Shown here piece after piece: positions 41,401-53,400 of a DNA stretch of 64,000 nucleotides. The notes beneath the pieces are model-generated. The model did no database searches. It was not told where the DNA came from and was given only the letters and a program-made list of their open reading frames with translations. The stretch's first letter is position 1. Each line of letters opens with the position of its first letter. This DNA comes from Amphiscolops sp. MND2022 (lineage: Eukaryota): assembly GCA_964187785.1 (NCBI GenBank), contig OZ076409.1:682001-746000 (forward strand), in the 5' to 3' direction. The position numbers and the translations under genes were made by a program.

Positions 41401-44400
41401 TTTTATAGGTAAGCAACCCGCAAGTTTTACTCCTCCAGTGAATTATACATACCTCCCTAATCCAAAAGCCAACTCTCGTCAGCAAAAGAGCGGCTTTCAC
41501 TTTTGATTCCACATACCGTATTTCTTCGAATAGAAGTCGCCCCTGATTAGAAGCCGCACTTAGCCTGAAAATTTTATCTTATAAGTCGCGGTTTGTAATT
41601 GACTTATTCAAAAGTTGAAAACAGTCATGGAGAACTTTAAAGGCATTTCTCATGTTATAACAGAAGCATCATCACTAGTTTCAGAAGTCTCAACAACTTG
41701 CATGGTATCTAAAATGCCATCGAAATGACTCGGAAACAAATTTTAAGAATGCAAGCCACCCTCGAATAGAAGCCGCCCCTGAATATAGGCCGCAAAATCC
41801 ATACGGGAAAAATCTTGGAGGGCGCGGCCTGTATCCGAAGAAATACGGTAGTAAAAAAACTCATTCCAAAAATGAAACTACAAATCGCTATAATAAACTT
41901 TTTCGATTGGTCAATTGCAAGTTTGCCAATAGTAACGGCCCCTAGGAAATTGCGGAAATATATTAAACAAATCGCGTTGCGTTCAAAAAGTTGCGTTTAA
42001 AATGTCTTGAAATCGCGGGAAAAGCCATAGTCTGAACAAATCGGTTGAGAGTGTTCACTTATTCAACTGATGAATACTTTTCGTTCAAAAATTTCAAAAT
42101 ACAAATGATCAAATTTTACAAATTAAAGGATAAAAACAAAAGCCATTCAATGGTTTAGCTTAAGGATCGACTGTCATCCTTGAGAACTTTGTCATAGTAC
42201 GAAAACAGTCTCTGCGTGCGTCGAAAATAAAAATGCATATTCCTACACTTTTCGATTTATCAAGTTACCGGGTAAAGTAGGCATGTTCTATGTAAACTAA
42301 ATTCAATTTCGGTGTTGTTTGATTTTAACGAAAAGCGCGGGAAAAGTTGCAAGAATGCGCGGAATTTTAAAATGATTGAAATGCGCGGGAAATCGCGGTA
42401 AGTTGCATTTCGGCCAAATAGTTGACGTTTCAGCCATGTCGTAGAAGGAATTCGAGCTATTCGGCTATTTTGAAATTAAAGACATATGTTCATCCCCTTT
42501 CATCGAAGTGGTGATTGAAATCACATTAAAATGCAGCCAGGGCTGGGTAAAACACAATAATTGAGTACAATAATTGCAATAATATTGAGGTCAATTATTG
42601 ATTGTTAAGAAAAAATAATTGCAATATCTGTGGGTGGAATGAATAATTGTTAACAATTAAAAGTGCTGAAAGTAGAATTTTCAAATATTTGCAACAAGCA
42701 AAGCAAGGACAACAAGCAAATATGCGTGCAGTGCGCCGGCTGGCAGAAGTGTGGTATTCGTTACCGTGCTGTTAATTACCCTACCCAAAATCAATCCCCC
42801 ATTCAGAGAAATTAATTTGTCTCAATTTCTCTTTGTTTGCACAAATACAACATCTTGAGTCGCGGTACTTGCAATACTAATTGAACAACTGTACGTACCT
42901 GGCAGGGCAGTGTAGTATTGCGTTTTGTCATCTTACATTCACGTTACTCATCTAAATTCGTCGGATCGTATACACGACTTGACAAAAACACAAATTTTAC
43001 TTTGTTTCTGCAATAATTTTAAGGATAAATGTCTTCAAGGGACGCTTTCAAATTGATTTATCAATCGACTGAGACCCCACATAGACACAGATGCATTAAA
43101 TGTGGGGCTGTGAGAATTCAGAACCTCAAACATGGGTACAATAACCTTATTAATCACTTGAATTCTTGCAAACCTTGTTGGAAAAACGAATTAAACTCTG
43201 TTTCTGATCAACAACCTCTAATATTTGTCTCTGAGCGAGCGAGAAACGTCTTTGGATGGATCGAGTGAGTTGTTCTGGAAGAAAGTATGAACGCAATGGA
43301 GCATACGACTTTTATTGAGTTCACACTAGCCGTGTTTGGCAAAAGCAAAGACGCCGTTTCTTTTATTGTTGGAGACAACGAAAATTTGAACAAGTCGATC
43401 GCAAAAATGATTGGCGTACCCTTGATTGGCTGTTACAGTCACAGACTTAACTTAGCTGTTAGAAAGTATCTGGAACCGAATGAACCCTTGCTTGAAAAGG
43501 TTAATTGAAGATTTGATGTGAAAATTTAACTTGTTGAATTGAAATTTTCATAAAATATATTTTTTAATTGAGTACAATAATTGTGGAAGCAAAAAATGAT
43601 AATTGCAATAATTGTGTACAATGGTAAAAATTGAGGGAATAATGATTGTACCCAGCCCTGAATGCAGCCCTTCTGTCCCATATGAAAGGAGGGAGTTTGA
43701 CTACATGCTCTCTAAGATACATGGGGTATCTACCGTGTTCTGCTCGCTCATTATAAGACACTTCCGAAAATAAGACACTTGTTAATATTTTGACTGCATA
43801 CTGAAAGTATAAGACAGTATAAGACAATATCCAATTATGTAAGTCAGTTTTCAATAATGACTGACAACAAACACAAATGACGTCACACACTGTCATAGAA
43901 TTGCATGTGTCAAAGTAAGACCTGTCCCGAAAATAAGTCCTGTAGCCACCAAACAGGTTTACTGATACTGAAGGGGAAAGTAAATAACTTCTAAATAAAT
44001 AACTTCTAAAATTATATTAGTAAATAACTTCTAAATTGCAATGGCATCTGGTAAATAACTTCCAAACAGCTATTTTGACGTAATTTTTTCTATAACGTCG
44101 TCAGCTATGTTCACATACTCCCAGTGCCATAAATACAGGAGCGAAGCGAAGCGGAGCGACGTGCCATATGGCCATGCCTCAATGTTGCTACTTGGCGAAG
44201 GGAGCGAAGCGACCGAGCCATACAACAAATATTTAAACCTCTTCAAATAACAGTTTTCGGAATAATAGAACGGTAAGTTTATTTTCGGAATAATGAATAG
44301 CAATCTTTTCTAGAATGATTTTAGAAGTTACCAGACGCAAATGCATATTAAAAGTTATTAACTAATATAATTTTAGAACTTATTTATTTAGAAGTTATTT

Positions 44401-47400
44401 ACTAAAATAATTTTAGAACTTATTTATTTGGAAGAGTTATAGTTCAAGTAGAAACAAGTAATTTTACTGAGAGTTCTAATACTGCTGCTGTTTCAGGAAT
44501 AAAGGGAAGCGAGACAAGAATCTATTTTTATAAAGACCATGTGGCAAAGTGGATGGGCCATCACTACGATGGTCTATAATGTTGCTGGTATCTAATGTAC
44601 AAATATATATATATCAACAACTACAAACAGAAGACTGCCATTGAATTGGTCATTTTAATTAATTAGATTGCTGTCACTTCAGTTTTAATAAATTGTTTTG
44701 TATTGCTCTTTTCTATTGTTTTGGTATGACAGTTTGTAGCCCCGTTACAATCCCCTCTGTTCGATTCTTGACGAGCTCTGTGGTTTGGGTTCAACATAAA
44801 TATCCTTGGGCTTTGACTGGTTCGGTTTACTTGTTTAGTTTTCGTCACTCGAGATTGTGATTACCTCTCTTTCTCCTTCTTCGTTTGTGTTTTCTATTCC
44901 ACATATCCGTCACTCGAGATTGTGATTACCTCTCTTTCTCCTTCTTCCTTTGTGTTTTCTATTCCACATATCATGACCGGGTTTCCATAGTAGTCAGGTG
45001 TGGTGCGGTTTCTTTTTGGTCGTTCATTGCTTGTATTGCTGTTTGTTTCGTTTTCACTTTCTGGTTCTTCTTTGTCAGCTGTGGTTTCTCCCAGTTGACT
45101 GTTGCTTTTGTTGGTGTTTTTGGTTGATTTGTTTGCTTTCTTTCGTTTCTTCTTTTGTCATTTTCTTCTTCGTCTTCTGACTCTAGTAGTTCTCTCAAAT
45201 TTGCGAGACGTTTGAATTCTGTTGGGATTTTCTTTTCCCTTCTTTTCTTTGTGTTTTGTTGTTCGTTGGTTTTGATTTGTTTTGCGTCCTTCTTGTGTTG
45301 TGGTGAATTCGTGTGTTTTGATTGGCTGCTTTGTTGGGCCAGTTGTTGTGGCTTCGCTATTTCTCGTTTGCTGAATGTTTGTGCTGTTGATTTTCCATCT
45401 TCTTTCATTGTCAGCGTGTGCTGTGTTTCGCCTGTGATTCGTCCTTTCTTTCGCTTGTAGACTTCTTCTAGTTTTGAGCCCCGTGCTCTTTCTCTGACCA
45501 TTATTTCTGAATCTTGGTCTTGGGGAAAATCACTCATCTCCAGTTCGAAGTCTTTGTCGTTATCTGAAACAGAATTGTAGTTTGTACTTGGTTTTGTAGT
45601 TATGATTTCTTTGATTGTAGTTAATTTTCTCCCTAATTGTAGTTCCGCTGGAAATATATTATTACTTTTTGGTGCATTTCGTATTGAGTATAATATTTCT
45701 GATAATCCGGTATTTTCTTTATCCAGTATTATTCTTTTGTTGGTTCTCAGTCTTTCGTTTATTGTGCGTATAAGTCTTTCTACTTTACCATTACCGCGGT
45801 GGTCGTATATGGGACATTTTATGTGTTGTATAAAGTATTTTTGGCAGAATTGTTTAAATTTGTTACTTGTGAATGCTGTTCCTGGATCTGTTCGAATTTT
45901 TCTTGGGATGCCGTTATCTGCAATATATCTTTCGAGGAATTCTATTACTTTATGGTAGTTGGGGCTCGCATAAATTTTGCGTCCGGCCAGCCTGTTTTAC
46001 TGTCGATTGATACTGTTAAATATTTCTTTGAACTTTTTGCTATTTTGAAAAGGCCAGCGAAGTCTATAGCAATTTCTTCATTTACTTCTTTTGGTGTTGG
46101 TAATTTGCCAAATTGTTTTTGATTTAACATTGGTTTTATTGACTTACCTGCTGCTCTGCATTCTGGGCATGTTTTGGTAAGTAGCGCGATGTCTCTGTGG
46201 ATCTTTGGCCACCAAATATCGATAATCTGCCTTAGCATTTGGTCACGTCCGGGGTGACCCCAATGTAGCGAATTTTTGATGGGAGTCTGTAAGTTTTTTG
46301 GTATTATAAGACGATCATCCATGTACAGCAGGTTATTTTCATCGATAGAGATTGAATTAAATCTTTCTCTCCAGGGACTTTCCAGAGCTTTGATTTTTGC
46401 TTTTGTAGGGCTTTTTACTAATTTGATTAGTTTTTGTAGATTTTCATCATCGTTATAATTTGCGATAAGCATGTTTTCACCAATTTTGTTGGCTATTTCA
46501 ACTTTCGATTCAAATTGCTTTGAGATTCGTTTACCTGCTAATGCGTTTGTTGAATTGTTCTGTTCCATTTTGGTCAGTTGCGTTGTTTGCTTGCTCGCGT
46601 GTGTTTGTTCACTCTTGCTGCGTCTATCTTCGCGGTTGAGTTTCAACTATTGCCGTCCTCTGATTGGTCGGTTGAATTCTTCAGCTAAAATACTATTTAC
46701 ATTATTTACATGGTTCACTGTGAACCAGTTGTTCCATAATTCTTTAGCTTTTACTCTTTCTCCTTCTATTGGTGATGGATGGCGTGAAAGGTAGTCAGCT
46801 ATGCCAATTGTCCTTCCAGGTGCGTGAAATATGTCAAAGTCGAATGGTAGTAGTCGATCTACCCATCGAGTAAGTCTACTCGAGTAGATTTTATTGCCTT
46901 TATTTCCTTTCAGCACTGTTGCTTGTGCCTTGTGGTCTGATACCACTTGGAATTTTATTCCGTATAAGTAGTTTTTAAAGTGCTCAATTGCCCATACAAC
47001 AGCGAGTAGTTCCAATTCATTTATGGAATAATTTTCTTCTAGTGGCGTTAAAAATCTGGATGCGAAATGTATTGGTCTCCATCCAATTTCGTCTTGTTGT
47101 TGTAGTACAGCGCCTAATCCGGCTTTACTTGCGTCACATATTATTCGGATATTTTCGCTTTTCTTGAAGTGTCCCACTTCTGTTACCCTTTTTACCTGTT
47201 CGTTTATTTAAAAGCTTTTTCGTGTTTCTCCTCCCAGTTCCATGGTTTATCCTTTTTTAGTAAGGGTCTTAGTGGAAAACAAAGTTGGGCTAAATTCGGT
47301 ATAAATCTGTTCATCTGGTTTACAGCTCCCAGATAAGAACGTAATTCTTTTAGATTTTTCGGTCTAAGTTTTTCAGTTATTGCTTGTATTTTCGTATTTA

Positions 47401-50400
47401 TTGGGCTGATTCCGTTTTGGGTTAATTTATATCCCAACCATTCAATTTCCTTTTGTGCTAAATTACATTTTCCCATTTTAGCCTAACGTTCGCTTTATTT
47501 AACTTTGTTAATACTGTTTTTACCACTTTGTAGTGATTTTCTTTTGATCCCTTTGTTACTACTAGGATGTCATCTAGGAACACGTACGTGTTGGGGATGT
47601 TTGCTAATTCAGTGTCCATGGCTTTCTGGAATTCGGTTGGCATTACTGTTAAGCCGTAGAAACCTGTTACAAATTTGTACGTTCTGGTGGCTTTCCCTCC
47701 TATCATTTGAAAATTACAGTGTTTTGCAGTTTCTTTATTTAATGGTACCTGTCCGTACGCGTATTGCATGTCAAGAGAAGTATATCATGGTATTCCTTCG
47801 TTTTCTGTATCTAGTTGTTCTGCTACCATATCGACAAGGTGCTCTAGATTCGGCATTTGGTATTTGTCTTTTACGACTTCTTTGTTTAATGCGAGTGCGT
47901 CGAGTGCTATTTTCACACTCTTATCTCTTTTCACCGTGATTACTATCGGCTGAATGAATTGTTTGTCCGTTACTTCTTTTACTCTTTCAATGTGTCCTTC
48001 ATGCAACCCCCTTCCTATTTCTTTTTGTACTGCATCTTGCAGTTGAATGGGTACTCTTCTACCCTTTTGTTGTGTTATTTTTGCATGTGGTTTAAATTCT
48101 ATTTTGACTTCATGGCCTATTAATTTCCCTTGTCTTGTAAATAGCTCGTTAAATTGTTCCTTTATTTTTGTTTGTTCGTTCACTTCATTGTGAATGCTCT
48201 TTTCGTTCTCTTTTTCTATTTTACTGTTTTTGCTTGAATTACTGCTTATTTTATAAATGGCTTGTTTACCTTCACTTTGATTGGGTGATACGAATTTGTA
48301 GTTGAAAGCCTTCAGCCAGTCTCGTCCAATTAACGATTTTGCTCCCTTCTGTGCGATTAGTATTCTTGCTTTGTGGAGTTTACTTTCCCCAACTTCCAGA
48401 TGGCAGAATATGTAGCCCAATAAATCTAGTCTCTTTCGATTGAAATCCACGTATTCCTCATCGCTGGGTAGTTCCCTGATGAATAGTGTTTTTCGTTTCA
48501 TTATTTTCTTCAATTCATCTATCTCGAAGATGGTTACTGGTGATCCTGAATCGACCATTGTCTGGAATTCATTGCCGTTGATTTTTCCTTTCATCGTGAA
48601 GTGTCCATTTTCGTCACCTTCTATGGTTAGTACTACTTTTTCTTCGTCTACTATTGATCCTTCATTTTCACTGTCGCTTCATTCGTCAATTCGTTGGATT
48701 CTTTGTGGTGGTTTTGCGACCTTTCTGCTTTTTGCAAAATTTCCAGCTCCTTTTGTTTGGCAGCATTTGGCGAAGTGTCCCTTTTTTCCGCATTTCATGC
48801 AAGTTATTCCTATTGCCTTGCATTCTTTCAAGTGTTGTGGAGTGAAGATTCCTTCGCAGCGAAAGCATTTCTTTTGAGGTCCCCATCTTTTTGCATTCTG
48901 ATTTATGTTATTTAATTCGGACGGTTCTGCTTTTATTTTGGGTTTTTCCAATGTTTCGAACGATTGTTGTCTTATCGTTCCCTCTTCATAGGCTATTGCA
49001 AATTGTATGTTGTCATTTACATTTGCTTTGGGTTCAGTACACAGCTTTTGCTGTACTTCTTTGTTGTTCATATTCACTATGAATACATCTTTCACTAAGC
49101 TTTCGGTTATTGCTCCAAAGTTGCATTTTGAGGCCAATCCGTTCAATTCGTTCCAGAATTGTTTGAGTGATTCTCCTTGTTTTTGTTTTCTGGATAGGAA
49201 TTTGAATCTATCCAATGTTTCGTTTTTTGGTTTCTCGAAACATTCTTTGCAGTTCTTTAGTAAATCCGTTAGATTTACTGTTGCTATATTTGTCGTCGGA
49301 AACTTGTCTGCAATTGTTTTTCTCCCTGCAGCTCCCAATGCCAGATATAAGACGCTAATTGCCTTCTTCATTGCGGGTATTTCGTCTAAGTCTCCCATTA
49401 GACTTTTTTCTTTTGCTCCCGTCGTCTTCGTCAGATCAGATACTGAGATATTGTTTTTCGCCATTAAGGCTACCTCAAAGAGGTCTATCCACTTTTCCCA
49501 TTCTAATGTGGGTGTTTTTGATGCGTCAGTCCAGTAAGTTGGTAGACCTGCAATTGCTTGCGGTCCTCCTGAATGTTCAGAAGCTCGCAGCGCCATGTTA
49601 TAGTTCAAGTAGAAACAAGAAATTTTACTGAGAGTTCTAATACTGCTGCTGTTTCAGGAATAAAAGGAAGCGAGACAAGAATCTATTTTTAGTCGGCGCT
49701 TCATGAAGTGAAACGCGACTATTATAGTGACTCTTTTTTTTCTATCCACACGAACTGACCAAAATAGTTCTTAAAAGTTCTACAAAATATTATGGTGTCA
49801 AATAGCACCATTTGGCCTAGCGAACTGGACCAAAATGGTTTTACCTGTTTTTCCGCGTAACATATCATACCGGGCGAGACCAAAGAGTCCCCCCTTTCAA
49901 TTTTTTTCGGCACTGCGAGACATTTTTTTTCGGATTTTTTTTTCGAATTTTTTTTTCCGCAAAGGGTCCCCCTGCATTTTTTTTGATGTTTTGCGACAGA
50001 ATGGATGTTGGAAAATCCCAAAGGGTTCCTCCTTTCAGTTTTTTTCGGCATTGTGAGATTTTCTCCCGAAAATAAAAAAAAATTTTTTCTTCAATTTTTT
50101 CATGTTTTGCGACAGAATGGATGTTGAAAAACCTCAAAGGGTCCCCCTTTCAGTTTTTCGGCATTGTGAGACGTTAGCGCGCCAGGGGCTCGCGGTAGCG
50201 AGCCCCGGCGCGCCACTCGGTCCATTTTTTTAGTATGTAATTTTTTTCAAAAAAAAATTTTTCGAAAAATTTTCGAGTTTCGACTACTGTAAACGAATAC
50301 TTGACACTTGGAAGTCTTTTTGCTATTTTTGAGCCTTGGATATGGCGCCGACTTGGGCCGGTCCCGGCTTGTTATAAAGACCATGTGGCAAAGTGGATGG

Positions 50401-53400
50401 GCCATCACTACGATGGTCTATAATGTTGCTGGTATCTAATGTACAAATATATATATATCAACAACTACAAACAGAAGACTGCCATTGAATTGGTCATTTT
50501 AATTAATTAGATTGCTGTCACTTCAAATTTAATAAATTGTTTTGTATTGCTCTTTTCTATTGTTTTGGTATGACAGTTTGTAGCCCCGTTACAGGAAGTT
50601 ATTTACTAATATAATTTTAGAACTTAGTTATTTAGAAGTTATTTACTAATATAATTTTAGAACTTAGTTATTTAGAAGTTATTTACTAATATAATTTTCG
50701 AACTTATTTATTTAGAAGTTATTTACGTGATCCATACTGAAACATTAGACATGTCCTAGAATAAGAAGCAGAACACAATACACGGGGGGGAAGGGAGGTT
50801 TGTATAATGACGGGGTGTACTAGCCTGGGGGTATCCGTGGAGGTGTCCCTGGGGGAGAGAGAAGGCCTCTTTGAGGGGCTTGGGGAAGAGCACACTCTGG
50901 GTCCTGACACCCGCCGGCCGACTGTGCTTCCACAACATCTCCTGGCTGCAACAACAAACAATGGCCTGGCCAACAGCTCCACCTCACACCAACAACAAGA
51001 GAAAGCCAGCCGGCCGCCGTTTCAGGGCTTAAAACGCTCAGTCTCATTAAAATGCTAAGGGCTTTCATGCAATGCTCATAGATTTCAAGGTGCCAAAAAG
51101 TTGGAAAGACCCTTTTTTCCAGCTGAAAACGACAAAATACCACCGAGCAAAATAGTGGGAAATACATTTTTCTAGAAAATAACTTCGAAAAAAACTCGCT
51201 CACAGCCGAAAAACAAATGGTAATTCTGTATTCGAAAAACGTGTTTTATTAAGTGAAAACATGCAAAAAATTAAAGTGGGACCCTTTGAAAGAAACCTTC
51301 CTCTGTAAGACTAGGGTACTTTTTTACAAGAAGCACCGACTAAAAACACTGAGCAACTGTTGTGGAAAGTGGTGATTCAGCAAATGAGAGTTTCAGTTTA
51401 AAATTGAATCACTTCTCAAATTTGATTTTTGAAGCCATTTCCAAAACGGACTTTACCCAAAACTGTTGACTGGACCAAAAAATGTTCTACTATACCGTGA
51501 TGGGACTAATTTCCGTAATTATTTTGTGAACATGCAAAATTTAGGATACAATTTACAAAACTTTCAGTAATTCTATGGTACAAGGCAAAAACTTAAAAAA
51601 GAAGCAGTTCAATGCGTAGTCATATTGACCTTGGAAAATCTTGGACACTTTTTGGAAAAATTGCAAAAATGCCCGGGTCAACTAGTGTTAAAACATTTGC
51701 TCACTTGTTTGTACCTTGGGTTTTGTTAACTAAATCAAACACCATCAAATTTAGTGTTTGAAAAACTGGTCACTGATAATTTCATCAATGAATCATTAGG
51801 ACTCCTTTTACAGAATTGATTCGCACGCCAGGGACGACGGTGAAAACAAGGTACAGTCAATGGATATCATTTCATAATGAGTCTCCTGTAATGCATTAAA
51901 TTGATGAATTGACTTTTCAACTTGCTTTTTCTGCTTAAATATTCTGCAAATTGTTCAACTGAACATCATTAACATTCGTGTACAGACAAAAGCGCCCATT
52001 TCAGTTTTAGCTGATTTCATCGCCTCTTGTTAAATTTAATTGTGTTCGTTCAAACAAAAAAATAAATCACTGCAATTCAAATGAAAAACTCAAAACAATG
52101 ATTATTTAATTAAAGTGAGAAACATGAAGTTGGTTGCGGAAAAAAGTCAGCGAATCCCATGATTGCAGGGGCGCTTTTGTCCCTGAACTTAGGAAATTAA
52201 CCCTGAAATTAGGAGGACATGCCACATGCAGAGACAACCACAACAACGACAACAAAACAAGAGCAGAGCAGAGATCAGAATCACTGAACATGAGCAGTCA
52301 GTCATTCGATTGCGTACCAATTAACATCAGAGCAAATAACATAACAAGACGGGAACGTCTAAAGTCGGCGCTATATCTAAGGCTCAAAAAGCGCAAAACA
52401 TTTTTTTGCGAAAACTTGAAATTTTCGATTTTTTTTTCTTTCGGAAAATGTCGCACAGTGCCAAAAAATGTAAAAAAGGACCCTTTTTGATTTATAAACA
52501 TGCATTCTGTTGCAAAATAACAAAAAACTCAAAAGGGGGAACTTTTGGGGACATTAAAAAATTTTCGAAAAAAAGTCGCACAGTGCCGAAAAAAATTCAA
52601 AGGGGGGACCCTGTAGTTCCGTCCGGTTTTGTATCTTACGTTAAAAATTGAGTACACGAAAGGGGGGACCCTTTGCAGTAACTCAGATATGATTCCGCTT
52701 GCCGGTGCAGTACTTTTAGTAGTTCTGTAAAAAGTGTCCACTACGCATACATTCTGTGGTCTGACGAAAAAAAAAGAAAAAAAAACTTGCCACTGTAATA
52801 GTCGGGCTCATTTTCTTCTAAAATGCGCCGACTAAAAACGACATTAGTCCCATTTAACATAAAAATGAAATATATTTTAACATAACTTGAAAAAACCGAA
52901 TATCCGGTTAAACAATCGAACTCACGAAATTTTATCTGTAATTTTCATACTTTTTCATAGAATCTTTTCAATTGTGAATGCTTTTGACCACTAAAACTTT
53001 TTCGTATACAATTTTATTTTTACGTCTAGTGAAACTCATTTCAGTTTTATGTTATTCGAAACATCTGTAATTCAGTTTTTGTTATTTGCTCTTATGTTAT
53101 TTGGGAATCCACCCAAATCATTCAAGCGATGTAGTTCAAGATGGAATGAACAGGAAGTGGTGATAGCATAGCAGCACTTACTTACTCTGACTCACACACT
53201 GTCACCTAAACAAGTCAACCACAATTATCACTCACACAAACACACACACACTGAATAGTACACTTCCTTCCTGTTTGAGTGCACTAACAATTTGTACTAC
53301 AAATGGGGGGGGCATGAGCCAGAAAAGCTTGCGCCACGTCACAAACAGGCATCCGGGGCAAAACAATTTCTTGGACAGTTAGTTCTTGAATTAGAGCCCT

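Larger units (their letters stand above)
44435..50593 (-). mobile_element. Full-length Ty3/Gypsy LTR retrotransposon (Mag-like), ORFs decayed
   Basis: LTRs 44435-44749 and 49596-50593 (HINE-interrupted); TSD GGAAG; PBS TGGCGCTGCGAGC; PPT AGAGGGGA; gag, PR (VDSGS), RT (FLDD), RNase H (CDAS), IN (HWGHP..CPEC). Confidence 0.97.
43973..50733. mobile_element. Foldback-like MITE with tandem-repeat arms and 8-bp TSD, split by Gypsy
   Basis: TSD ATACTGAA at 43965-72 and 50734-41; arms of about 38-bp GTAAATAACTTCTAAA repeats; intact inverted copy at 54636-55178. Confidence 0.85.
43733..50778. mobile_element. pogo-like TA MITE split by nested insertions
   Basis: TA-CCGTGTTCTGCT ... AGCAGAACACAA-TA; repeated gac..cc.gaaaataag motifs on both sides of the insert. 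Confidence 0.6.

Noticed and set aside
50594..50725. Regular 38-bp repeats resembling a CRISPR array (also 44340-44434 and 54640-54740)
   Set aside because: Head-to-tail units with no unique spacers, no cas genes, eukaryotic context; they are MITE arms.
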